From Dehalococcoidia bacterium (GTDB taxonomy: Bacteria > Chloroflexota > Dehalococcoidia > Bin125): a stretch of DNA of 64,000 nt. Location of the stretch: contig OY820591.1 in NCBI GenBank assembly GCA_963555985.3, forward strand, positions 1,984,001 through 2,048,000. The letters run 5' to 3'. Positions 39,103-47,902 of the stretch are shown in pieces; the first letter of the stretch is position 1, and each line of letters opens with the position of its first letter. The position numbers and the translations under genes are program-made. A model generated the notes under the pieces. The model searched no databases, was not told the DNA's origin, and worked only from the letters and a program-made list of their open reading frames with translations.

Positions 39103-40237
39103 ATGGACGATCTGCGCGACCGCTTTGACCAGCTTGGGCAACAGCTTCACGACACCCTGGAGCGTCTTTGACCTGACCGCGCTCGAAGCTGAGGCCGAAC
39201 GTCTCGAACAGCAATCGGCCGCGCCCGGGTTCTGGGACGACGCCGAACACGCCCGCGTCCTGATGCAGCGTCTGGCCGAGCGTCAGCGCACGATTGAGAC
39301 CTGGCGCGCGCTGGAGCAGCGCCTTGAGGACGCGGCCGAACTGCTCGAACTGGCCGACGACGATGACGACAGTTCGTCCTTCGCCGACGAGCTTCAGTTC
39401 GAAGCCGAGCAGATCGCTGCTCAGCTCGAAGAGCGCGCCTTCGAGCTCGCCTTCTCCGGCCCTTATGACGAGCGCAGCGCGATCGTTGCGATCTTCGCCG
39501 GGGCGGGCGGGGTGGACTCGCAAGACTGGACCGAGATGCTCTTGCGGATGTACCAGCGCTGGGCTGAACGCGCGGGTTTCAATGTCGATCTGGTCGATCT
39601 GGTCGACGGCGACGAAGCGGGACTCAAGTCGGCCACGCTCGAAGTCAGCGGCGAACGCGCCTACGGTTGGCTGCGCTCCGAGCACGGCGTCCACCGCCTC
39701 GTCCGCATCTCTCCCTTCGATCAGAATCACGCCCGTCATACTTCCTTCGCCCGCGTCGAGATCATGCCCGAAACCGAGTCCGCCTCCGAAATCGAGATCA
39801 ACGACGACGAGCTCAAGCTCGATGTCTACCGCGCCTCGGGCAACGGCGGCCAGAACGTGCAGAAGAACTCGACCGCCGTGCGGATCACCCATCTGCCTAC
39901 GGGCTTTGTCGTCAGCTGCCAGAATGAACGCTCGCTGCGCCGCAATCGCGAGTCGGCGATGATGGTGCTGAAGGCGCGCTTGTTGATGCGGCAAGAGCAA
40001 GAGCGTGAAGCGGAGCGGCTGAAAATTCGCGGCGAACATATTGAGGCGGGTTGGGGCAACCAGATTCGCTCCTACGTGCTCCAGCCCTACCGGATGGTGA
40101 AAGATCTGCGCACTCAATACGAAACCGCGGACACTGACGCTGTGCTCGACGGCGAGTTGGAGCCGTTCTTGCGCGCATCGCTGGAAGCCAAGATCGGCGA
40201 CGCGCTGCATCAGGAACCGGTTGAGGCGGCCCGATGA
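39103..40237 (+). CDS. prfB: Peptide chain release factor 2 with programmed +1 frameshift
   Basis: ATG 39103 to CTT TGA C (39166-39172) with an internal GGAG SD; the +1 frame has SPF and GGQ. Confidence 0.95.
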
Positions 40238-41763
40238 CGCCGCCCCGCGCCGTTCGAGTGGCTGCTTCGATCTGGGCCGGCCTCATGCTCGCGCTGCTGT
40301 GCTGGGCGACGCTCGGCGCGCAGGAGGGGCTGGTCGTCCAGAGCACACGCTTCGAAAACGAATGGCCCGACAATGTCGGCGTAATCGCGCTGGTTGACGA
40401 CGCCGCCGCCGAGTCCATCGAATCCGCCTGGTTCCACTACCAAATCTTGCCCGAAGGCGCGATCACCCGCACCGAGGCTGATGTCGAAATCGGCGACATC
40501 TCCCGCCTCCACGCCGTCATCCCCACCCGCGACGGCGACCTTTGGATCCCAGCCGGCGCAGACTTTGAGTGGTACTGGGAGGTGGTCCTCAGCGACGGCC
40601 AGATCGTCAGCACCGAACCCCAGATCTGGCGCTACGAAGATCCCCGCTTCGAGTGGAGCTCGATTAGCGAAGGCGTACTCGAAGTCGCCTACTACGATCG
40701 CACCGACATTGCCGAAGCGCTCTTGCGTGAGGGAGTGCAGGCGATTGAAGACATGACTGCTTTGATGGGTATCGAAGAACTGATTCCGATCAAGGTCTAC
40801 GTCTGGGCGAACACCAACGACGCGCGTCAGGTGGAGCGGATTCTCTCCGAGGAATTTGAGGAGTCGGTGATCACCGGCGGTACGCGCGTGCTCGCCGATC
40901 TGGTGCATATCTACCAACCCTCGCGCTGGGTGATCCGGCACGAACTCACCCATGTGCTGACCAAGATCGCCGGCGAAGGCCCTTACGGCGACTTGCCCGC
41001 CTGGCTCGACGAGGGCACTGCCACGATCGCCGAAGACGACTGGCGCAGCCGGCGCGGCGCCGTGCTCGACTTTGCCATCGCCAACGACCGCCTGCTCTCT
41101 TTGCGCAGCATGGAGGCGACTTCCAACCGCCCCGATCAGGTTGACCTCTTCTACGGTCAGTCGGCGGCGATCGTGACTTGGCTGGTCGACGAGTTCGGGC
41201 AGGCGAAGATGGCTGAACTCTTCGCTGTCTTCAAGGCCGGCTCGAACGTCGAGAACGCCTTGCTCGAGGTCTACGGCCTGGGCCGCGACGAGATCGAGGA
41301 CGCTTGGCGCGAGTCTGTCGGCCTGGCTCCCCGCGAGCGAGGCGAGGACAGGTCGACGGAGATCGAGGACGAGGTGATCAGCGGTCCTCAGATCGCGGGC
41401 GAAGAGGAGGAAAGCGAGGCCGGCCAAGCAGATTCGCAGGCGCAAGCTGAGGAAGCACAGGCGGCCGCGCCTGCGAGCGACGATCCAGATGAGAGCGACG
41501 CCGGCGCAGGATCGGCGGGGGAGCAAGCGCAAGAGGCGGAGACGACCGCGGCGGGCGGGCGCAGCCAGGCTGAGATCGACGAGCGTAAAGCGGAAATCGA
41601 ACGCCGTCAGCAAGAGCGCCGCCCTGCGCCCGTCTTCGCCACCCCGGGCGAGTTCCCCTGGGAATACGTCTTGATCGGTGTCGCCGGAGGCTTGCTCGCG
41701 CTGAGCGCGCTCTGGCTGATCCGAATTCTCACGCCGAGCAGCCAACGCCAATCGACTCCTTGA
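40234..41763 (+). CDS. Peptidase MA-like metallopeptidase, membrane anchored
   Basis: HELTH...PAWLDEG; signal peptide, acidic linker, C-terminal TM helix. Confidence 0.85.
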   Translation: MTPPRAVRVAASIWAGLMLALLCWATLGAQEGLVVQSTRFENEWPDNVGVIALVDDAAAESIESAWFHYQILPEGAITRTEADVEIGDISRLHAVIPTRDGDLWIPAGADFEWYWEVVLSDGQIVSTEPQIWRYEDPRFEWSSISEGVLEVAYYDRTDIAEALLREGVQAIEDMTALMGIEELIPIKVYVWANTNDARQVERILSEEFEESVITGGTRVLADLVHIYQPSRWVIRHELTHVLTKIAGEGPYGDLPAWLDEGTATIAEDDWRSRRGAVLDFAIANDRLLSLRSMEATSNRPDQVDLFYGQSAAIVTWLVDEFGQAKMAELFAVFKAGSNVENALLEVYGLGRDEIEDAWRESVGLAPRERGEDRSTEIEDEVISGPQIAGEEEESEAGQADSQAQAEEAQAAAPASDDPDESDAGAGSAGEQAQEAETTAAGGRSQAEIDERKAEIERRQQERRPAPVFATPGEFPWEYVLIGVAGGLLALSALWLIRILTPSSQRQSTP

Positions 41764-41796
41764 GCGCCAAGCTTTCTCCCTCTCTCGCACTGTTTT

Positions 41797-41846
41797 CTCC
41801 CCTCCCCCGCAGAGTGGGGGAGGGGTCACGAAGTGACAGGGGGAGT
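41797..41846. repeat. REP-like palindrome, family B
   Basis: CCCCTCCCCCGCAGAGTGGGGGAGGGG followed by TCACGAAGTGACAGGGGG. Confidence 0.7.
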
Positions 41847-41867
41847 CCGACACTTGCACAACTCAAC

Positions 41868-42752
41868 CTACCGATCGGGCACAATCAGTCCGCCGGCGGT
41901 GCGGCGCATCCCCTCCGGGGTTGCCGCCGCCTCGCGGGCGCGGCCGGCTGCGGCCGCGATCGGGTCTACACCCGCCGGCTGCTGCGCCGGGGCTGGGCGA
42001 CGCGCTCCTGGAGGGGGCGCGGGGGGACGCCAGGCGCTGACCGTGCCCGCCTGCGACTCCGGCGGATTCAGCGCCGCCCGCTCCGGATTTGACTGGCAGA
42101 GCCGCACGTACTCGATCAGCGCCAGCGGGTCGATTAGGCCGAGACCGGCCGGCTGCTCGTCGACGAAGGTGGCTGGGACTCCGCTCACGCCTGCGCGCTG
42201 GGCGAGCGGGGCGAATTCGTCGATCTCGAACACGTCGGCCTGCAACTTTGGCGAGAGCAGCGCCGCCGCGCAGGCGGCCAGCGCCGCCTGGCCCGAGTTC
42301 GAGTCCAGCGCGGAGCCCAGCACGCGGAGGCGGGACGGCCGGCGCAGCTTGGCTAGCGCCCGCTTCATCACGACCGAGGGTTTCGCTTGCCGGGTCGAGG
42401 CCAGCACCAGGGCGCGGATTAGGGCCACCAGCAGATGCCCGTTGGGCGCTCCGTAGAAGCGCAAGGGACGGTTTAACTCTCCCCGCACCAGGAGGCAGGG
42501 GACATCGATCACATCGCGGCGCTCGGCCAGCTCCGGCTCCTCGGCGTGTTCGTAGATTGTGAGTTGGAGCTTGTCGGAGAGACTGGCGATCTCTTCGTAG
42601 AGTTCAATCGCGAGCTCGCAGGTTGGGCGTTCGGCGCGTCCGGGGACCATTACGCGGAGGCGGGTTTGATGGAAGTACTCCAGCTTGAGCTTGCCCTCCA
42701 GAGCGGAGAGCTGCTGCCGGATCTGCGTCCGCTCGGAACCGGCTAGCGCCAT
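41868..42752 (-). CDS. Thioredoxin-fold (PDO/AhpF N-terminal-like) protein with degenerate CxxC motifs
   Basis: EEIASLSDKL, DVPCL, RFYGAPNG, VSGVPATFV. Confidence 0.6.
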   Translation of the reverse strand: MALAGSERTQIRQQLSALEGKLKLEYFHQTRLRVMVPGRAERPTCELAIELYEEIASLSDKLQLTIYEHAEEPELAERRDVIDVPCLLVRGELNRPLRFYGAPNGHLLVALIRALVLASTRQAKPSVVMKRALAKLRRPSRLRVLGSALDSNSGQAALAACAAALLSPKLQADVFEIDEFAPLAQRAGVSGVPATFVDEQPAGLGLIDPLALIEYVRLCQSNPERAALNPPESQAGTVSAWRPPAPPPGARRPAPAQQPAGVDPIAAAAGRAREAAATPEGMRRTAGGLIVPDR

Positions 42753-42860
42753 CGTCCATCCCTCGTGTTCCAGCGGTTGCCGCTTGTGTAGATCACAATC
42801 CTAGCCCGCTGCGATTGCCGCGCTTCGCCTCGGCAATGACGGAGGCGGGGACACACCACT

Positions 42861-43850
42861 TCACTCCGACCCATCCTGCAAGACCCAGGCCACAGCGGAG
42901 CGCAGTTCGGCTTCGGTGGCGCTGCCCTCGAAGGTGTAGCGGATGATGCCCTCGGCGTCGATGACGAAGACCCAGGGTTCGCTGGGCAGACGCCAGGCGA
43001 CGAAGGCTTCGGCCTCGACCAGACGCTGGGTTTCGGCGGGGTTCTCGAAGACTTCTACGTGGATGCCGGAGAGGGCTGGGGCGAACTCTCGCCAGACTGT
43101 TTTGACGGCTTCGAGGACCGGCCCGCAGGTGCGGGAGTGGCAGAAGGCGGGCGTCGCAAACGCCAGGATTAGCGGCTTGTCCAAGTCCAGCGCTTCCGCG
43201 ATCGAGTATTGGTAGAGACCGGGTTCGGGTTCCGGATCGCTGGTCAACTCGGCCAGCGATTGGACCTGCTCGCGGGTGCGGGAGTCGGTGCGCGGGGCTC
43301 GTTCGCCGACACTCGGGGCTTGCGGACGCTCGCGGACGCTGAAGCGCAGCCGGGTGAGGCCGGGCTCGGCGCAGCAGGAGGTGAGCTCGAACTCCAAGCC
43401 CCAGAGCCCGGCCGAGGTCAGGCGCACGGGCAGGAGGTAGAGTCCGGCGCCGATCGGCTGCGCGCGGTCGGAGACGCTTGCATTGGCGTGTCCGTGGGGG
43501 GTGAAGGCTGTATTCGATCCGGTACTGCTGCCGTAGGGGATGAAGCGCGCGTACTGCACGGAGCGCGGCTTCGACTTGTCCGCCTCCGGGCCTTCGAGGG
43601 CGTAGAGGCCGACTCGCACGGTAGGCGGCTCGTCGCCTTGTGCGAGTCCGTCCAGCGTGAACGCGATCCGGGTTACGCCGACTGCGAGGTCTTGGGTGGC
43701 CAGCACCGGCAGCCAAGCGGCGTTGCCGACTTCGGCGACCAGCCAGGGATCGTGCGGGTTGAGCGGCTGCTCATCGTCTGTTCCGCAGGCGGTTGCGATT
43801 GCCGCAAGCGCGAGCGCGCAGCATAGGCTGAGGATGCGGGGCGAAGGCAC
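42861..43850 (-). CDS. Lipoprotein with a C-terminal thioredoxin-like domain
   Basis: IATAC lipobox; FATPAFCHSRTCGP; LPSEPWVFVID. Confidence 0.7.
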   Translation of the reverse strand: MPSPRILSLCCALALAAIATACGTDDEQPLNPHDPWLVAEVGNAAWLPVLATQDLAVGVTRIAFTLDGLAQGDEPPTVRVGLYALEGPEADKSKPRSVQYARFIPYGSSTGSNTAFTPHGHANASVSDRAQPIGAGLYLLPVRLTSAGLWGLEFELTSCCAEPGLTRLRFSVRERPQAPSVGERAPRTDSRTREQVQSLAELTSDPEPEPGLYQYSIAEALDLDKPLILAFATPAFCHSRTCGPVLEAVKTVWREFAPALSGIHVEVFENPAETQRLVEAEAFVAWRLPSEPWVFVIDAEGIIRYTFEGSATEAELRSAVAWVLQDGSE

Positions 43851-43972
43851 ATAACGCGCACGAACATAAGGGCCGCCCAGATAAGCGTTGACAAGGCTGG
43901 CGGCGGCGCGTTGAATTAGCAATGTCAACGGCATAGGCGGGTGATCAATAGTCCCGCGAGCGGAGCGAAGCG

Positions 43973-44194
43973 ATGGCCTACAGCACCACCAACCAGCGCG
44001 GGCGCATTTACTACCTCCATGCCAAGGTGGTCGAACTGCGCAACCACCGGCAGCAACGAATCTACTTTTTCGCCCCCGAGATCCAGGAGGGCGTGCTGGA
44101 GGACATTCCCGACGGCTTCGAGGTCGTGGAGAACCAGCGCACCGGATTGCCGGTCCTCCGCCGCATTCGCACCGAGGTCAAAGCGAGCGCCTGA
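43973..44194 (+). CDS. Small hypothetical protein
   Basis: 73 aa with GGAG RBS; YYLH..IYFF..IPDGFEVVEN.RTGLPVLRR. Confidence 0.7.
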   Translation: MAYSTTNQRGRIYYLHAKVVELRNHRQQRIYFFAPEIQEGVLEDIPDGFEVVENQRTGLPVLRRIRTEVKASA

Positions 44195-44263
44195 CCCGGT
44201 ACCCCGCGAGCTTCCCGGAGCGCCCGCCCTCACGCCCGTCCGCGCCATGCGTTTCCACCTTCC

Positions 44264-45076
44264 CTATCTTGTAGGCCGTCCGTTAAGCAGCGCCAGCGCC
44301 GCCCCGTGCAGCGCCTCGGTCGCCGCCGCCAGCACTTGCGCCCCGGAGCCGAGCCGCAGCGCCCGGCCCTCCCAGTCCGTCATGATTCCGCCCGCGCCGC
44401 TGACGATCGGCGGCAGCGCCAGATAGTCCCAGGGGCGCAGCGACGACTCCGCGACCAGATCGATCCAGCCCATCGCCAGCAGGCCGTAGGCGTAGCAGTC
44501 GATCCCGTAGCGAACCCGCCCCAGCGAGCCTGACAAGCGTTCCCAGGCCGCCCGTTCCGCGCCCTCGAACATGTCCGGCGTGGTGGCATAACCCGCCGAA
44601 CGATGCAATTCTGTCGTGGACGAGCTGTGGACAATGTGTAAGCCGAATCTGGTGCGGGCGGGCTGATCGGGGAACGCAACCCCCGTCCAGCGCTCTCTCG
44701 TGATCGGCTGATCGATCATGCCCAAGACCGGCTCGCCCGCGCACAGCAGCGCAATCAGCGTGCCGAAGGTGGGCAAGCCTGAGACGAAGGCGCCGGTTCC
44801 GTCGATTGGATCGATCACCCAGACCCATTCAGCCGCGTCGCTCTCGGAGCCGAATTCTTCGCCGATCACGCCGTGATCGGGAAAGCGATCGGCGATCCGC
44901 TCGCGAATCGCTGTTTCCGCTGCGCGATCCGCTTTGGTCACGGGCGAGCCGTCGGCTTTGCTGTCGACCTCGAGCGGACGGCGGAACCAGGGGCGGATGG
45001 CGTCGCCGGAGGCGTCGGCCAGTTCGTTTGCGAACGCGGTGTAAGTCTGAGTTGGGGATTGGGCGGGCGTGGTCAT
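44264..45076 (-). CDS. hisN: Histidinol-phosphatase (inositol monophosphatase family)
   Basis: KADGSPVT.AD, GEE, WVIDPIDGT, PWD. Confidence 0.85.
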   Translation of the reverse strand: MTTPAQSPTQTYTAFANELADASGDAIRPWFRRPLEVDSKADGSPVTKADRAAETAIRERIADRFPDHGVIGEEFGSESDAAEWVWVIDPIDGTGAFVSGLPTFGTLIALLCAGEPVLGMIDQPITRERWTGVAFPDQPARTRFGLHIVHSSSTTELHRSAGYATTPDMFEGAERAAWERLSGSLGRVRYGIDCYAYGLLAMGWIDLVAESSLRPWDYLALPPIVSGAGGIMTDWEGRALRLGSGAQVLAAATEALHGAALALLNGRPTR

Positions 45077-45118
45077 GCTTGCACTGTATCGCTGCTTTGG
45101 ATGCCTCTCTGTCGCTGG

Positions 45119-45162
45119 TCTCCCCGCCTGTGCGGGGGAAGCGGGGAGTTGCGCGAGAGGGT
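45119..45162. repeat. REP-like palindrome, family B
   Basis: TCTCCCCGCCTGTGCGGGGGA..GAGAGGG. Confidence 0.5.
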
Positions 45163-45176
45163 GCGGCGGGCATGGG

Positions 45177-46598
45177 TTAGAGCTGGTTTCTCATGCTGGC
45201 GATGCGGCCGCGGTCGACGGGCGGGAGGTGGAAGAACTCGATCCGGGTGGTTGGCGGTTCGAGTTGGGGTTGGGCGAGTTCGTGGCAGTAGCGGTCGGCG
45301 TCGAGGAGGTCGTCGTCGCGGTCCCGGGGTTGGGGGTTGGCGGCGCGGGGGTCTCGCCACTGGTACTCCCTCATCCGGCGCGGGAACTGGACGAGCTCGG
45401 GGGTGTAGAAGGACTGAGGCGGGTCGGCGGCGAGCCGCTCTTGCACCAGGCCGATGCCCTGGTGGACGGAGCCGGGCCCGCCCCGGCTGGGGCGGATGTC
45501 GCGCCCGCGGCGGTGAAGGTGGTCGATCCAGGCGGACTGCGTGCGGTCGGCGTTCCAACTGATTGAGCCGAAGCGCCGGCGGCACTGGTGCATCCACTGT
45601 TCGAGGCGTTGGGTGACGCCCGGGCCGCGGTCCTCGAACTCGGCCAGGCGGATGAGGACATTGGGTCCGCAGACGGCATGGCGGGTGGTGAGTCCGGCGA
45701 CGATGCCGGCGGTGTAGTGGGCTTGCTCGGTCTGGGCGCCGAAGTCGAGGCCGCCGAGGTAGCGCTCGAAGCTGGGCAGGCGCTTATCCCAGAGGTGGCG
45801 TTTGGGGTCGAACTTGGGGTAGACCAGACCCTCGAAGGCGTCGAAGCGGCCCTCGATGAAGCGTTCGACCCAGTCGGGCGGGAGCAGAGCGCGCTGCTGT
45901 TCGGCGTAGTTGTCGGGGAGATGGGGGTTGTCCTCGATCTTGGCGGGGATGAAGACGGCTTGTCCGCCGGCGTGCTCGAGTTCAGCTTTGTTCAGTTCGC
46001 GTTGGACGAACCAGCGCTCGAACCAGCCCGGGTGGGGGTTGGAGGCGGCCACGAACCAGCGTTGGGGCTGGGCCGGGTGTCTGAGGCGAGTGAGCAGCAT
46101 CTGGGCGGCTTCTTCGGCGACTTCTCCGGCTTCGTCGATGAGCACGGTTCCGTACTGCTGGGAGCCGAGGCCGGTCCAGTCGGAGAGATGGCGAAAGTGG
46201 ATCGTGGAGGGTTCGCTCGAGTACTGGAGGCTGCTGACCGTGAGGGAATGGGTGGGTGAACTGCGGCGTTGGACAGTGAGGTCGGGGTCTGCGGTGCAGA
46301 TGCGCAGGAACTCGCCCATGGTCGTGGTGTAGAGGTCTGTGAACGTGTCGCGTGCGAGCAGGATGTTGTTGCCCGGGAAGATCAAGGCCGCGTCCAGGGC
46401 GAGCTCGGCCAGGGCGCGGGTCTTGCCGCCGCCCATGGCGCCGCCGTAGCCGACCAGGGCGAGGCCGGGATTGGGCACGGTAGCGACTGCGCAACAGAGC
46501 TCGCGCTGTCTGTCCGTCGGAAAAAAACCGCGAGACTTGTGCAAGCGGTCGAACGCAACGACCGCCCGCTTTGAGCTGGGGGTATTACTGTGGCTCAT
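45177..46598 (-). CDS. Phage terminase large subunit-like protein (orphan)
   Basis: Walker A GGAMGGGKT, Walker B VLIDEA, coupling motif ASNP, nuclease GLDFG and DDLLDADRY. Confidence 0.85.
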   Translation of the reverse strand: MSHSNTPSSKRAVVAFDRLHKSRGFFPTDRQRELCCAVATVPNPGLALVGYGGAMGGGKTRALAELALDAALIFPGNNILLARDTFTDLYTTTMGEFLRICTADPDLTVQRRSSPTHSLTVSSLQYSSEPSTIHFRHLSDWTGLGSQQYGTVLIDEAGEVAEEAAQMLLTRLRHPAQPQRWFVAASNPHPGWFERWFVQRELNKAELEHAGGQAVFIPAKIEDNPHLPDNYAEQQRALLPPDWVERFIEGRFDAFEGLVYPKFDPKRHLWDKRLPSFERYLGGLDFGAQTEQAHYTAGIVAGLTTRHAVCGPNVLIRLAEFEDRGPGVTQRLEQWMHQCRRRFGSISWNADRTQSAWIDHLHRRGRDIRPSRGGPGSVHQGIGLVQERLAADPPQSFYTPELVQFPRRMREYQWRDPRAANPQPRDRDDDLLDADRYCHELAQPQLEPPTTRIEFFHLPPVDRGRIASMRNQL

Positions 46599-46941
46599 CC
46601 TCTTCCTCTTCGCTTTCCTCGTCCTCCGTCAGGGGGACGTCTTCGCCGCGCATGAGGGCGGCTGCTTGGGCGTGGACCGAGTGGAGGTGGAACTCCTTCT
46701 GCTGCTCAGCGGTGAGCGGGGCTTCGGGCAGGTGGGGGGAATGGTTGGGCCGGGGCGGGGGCTCGGGGTGGGGCACGATGCCGAGCGCGTGGTGGATCTC
46801 GCGGCTCTTGGGGTTGGCCGGGGAGAGTTCGCGGCGCAGGATGGCGAAGGCTTGGGCGCGGACGTAGCCGGGTTCGCGCTTGCAGAAGGCGAGCTCGCCG
46901 ACGCCGGCCATGGCGGACTGGTAGCTGTAGTTGAAGGGCAT
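46585..46941 (-). CDS. Hypothetical protein upstream of and overlapping the terminase gene
   Basis: GAGGA RBS, ATG 46941, 118 aa, acidic tail, 14-bp overlap with the terminase start. Confidence 0.5.
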   Translation of the reverse strand: MPFNYSYQSAMAGVGELAFCKREPGYVRAQAFAILRRELSPANPKSREIHHALGIVPHPEPPPRPNHSPHLPEAPLTAEQQKEFHLHSVHAQAAALMRGEDVPLTEDEESEEEEDEPQ

Positions 46942-47040
46942 GGGTCGGGGTTCCTCTCTTGCTGAATAAAGGACACTTGATCTTATATGGATGGGTGTTC
47001 GGGTGGGTAGGTTGGGGGTGTGTCGTGGTTGACTGAGGGT

Positions 47041-47370
47041 TGGGTGCTGGTCACGGCGAGATACCCGCGACGGGGCGCGGGTATGACGGAGTTTGTTGGG
47101 GCGGGGATGACGGAGGTGGGGATTTTGCAACGGTCTCCGCAGGCGGGAGTCCGGATGCCATTCGAGACGCCGCATGGATTCCCGCGTTCGCGGGAATGAC
47201 GGAGATGGGGATCTACGCGCAGGTCTTCTCAAAGGGGAGAGGGGGATAAAGGGGGAGGGGAGTTGTTGGGCGGCGTTTGTGCTGGTTGGGGGCGTTTCAC
47301 CCCCTCTGCCCCGTTGGGGCATCTCCCCCTCAAGGGGGAGAGGGGACAAGGGGGAGAGGGGAGGTGTTGG
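47041..47370. repeat. Cluster of REP-like palindromes, families A and B
   Basis: GATACCCGCGACGGGGCGCGGGTATGACGG; GGATTCCCGCGTTCGCGGGAATGACGG; CCCCTCTGCC..CATCTCCCCCTCAAGGGGGAGA. Confidence 0.8.
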
Positions 47371-47389
47371 GTCTCTTAGACTCGCGGTT

Positions 47390-47902
47390 ATGAGTGGGGC
47401 GCTTGACTTGGGTGGGCGATTTGTCTCGGCGCTTGGGGAGGCGCAGGGGGAGGTTGTGGATTGCGGATCTTGGGCTGAGGTGCTGGAGCGGGCGCTTGCG
47501 GCTTGTGGATCGGGTGAGCCGCTGCTTTCGCCTGAGGCTGCGCGTCTGGTTGGGGGTGGGCGCACTCCCGATTTGGACGATGCCGTTGCCGATGCGGCTG
47601 ATCAAGCGGTGGGGGTTGCGGTTGCCGAGCTTGGGATTGCGGCGACGGGATCGGTGTTGCTGGTGGAACCTGATCCGGCGGCGCGGACGGTGTCGCTGCT
47701 GACGCATCATTTGTTTGTGGGGCTGCGACGGGAGCGGATTTTGGCGGAATTGGAGGATGGGTTTGCTTGGCTTGCGGGGCAGCCTCGGGCGGCGGCATAT
47801 GCGACGTTTGTGACGGGGCCGTCGCGGACGGCGGATATTGAGCGTTCGTTGACGATTGGCGTGCAGGGTCCGCGCCGCCTGACTGTGGCGTTGCTGCCAT
47901 GA
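47390..47902 (+). CDS. lutC: LUD-domain lactate utilisation protein C
   Basis: GIAATGS, TGPSRTADIE..GVQGP. Confidence 0.85.
   Translation: MSGALDLGGRFVSALGEAQGEVVDCGSWAEVLERALAACGSGEPLLSPEAARLVGGGRTPDLDDAVADAADQAVGVAVAELGIAATGSVLLVEPDPAARTVSLLTHHLFVGLRRERILAELEDGFAWLAGQPRAAAYATFVTGPSRTADIERSLTIGVQGPRRLTVALLP

Noticed and set aside
39103-40237. prfB as a frameshifted pseudogene or sequencing error
   Set aside because: Canonical CTT TGA C site with an internal SD
45177-46941. Prophage call
   Set aside because: No portal, capsid, tail, integrase or att site was seen; the flanks are metabolic genes
46985-47005. LexA box upstream of the terminase cassette
   Set aside because: Only one half-site (CGAAC) matches GAAC-N4-GTTC
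47041-47370. CRISPR array
   Set aside because: The palindromes are heterogeneous and irregularly spaced, with no spacer structure and no cas genes
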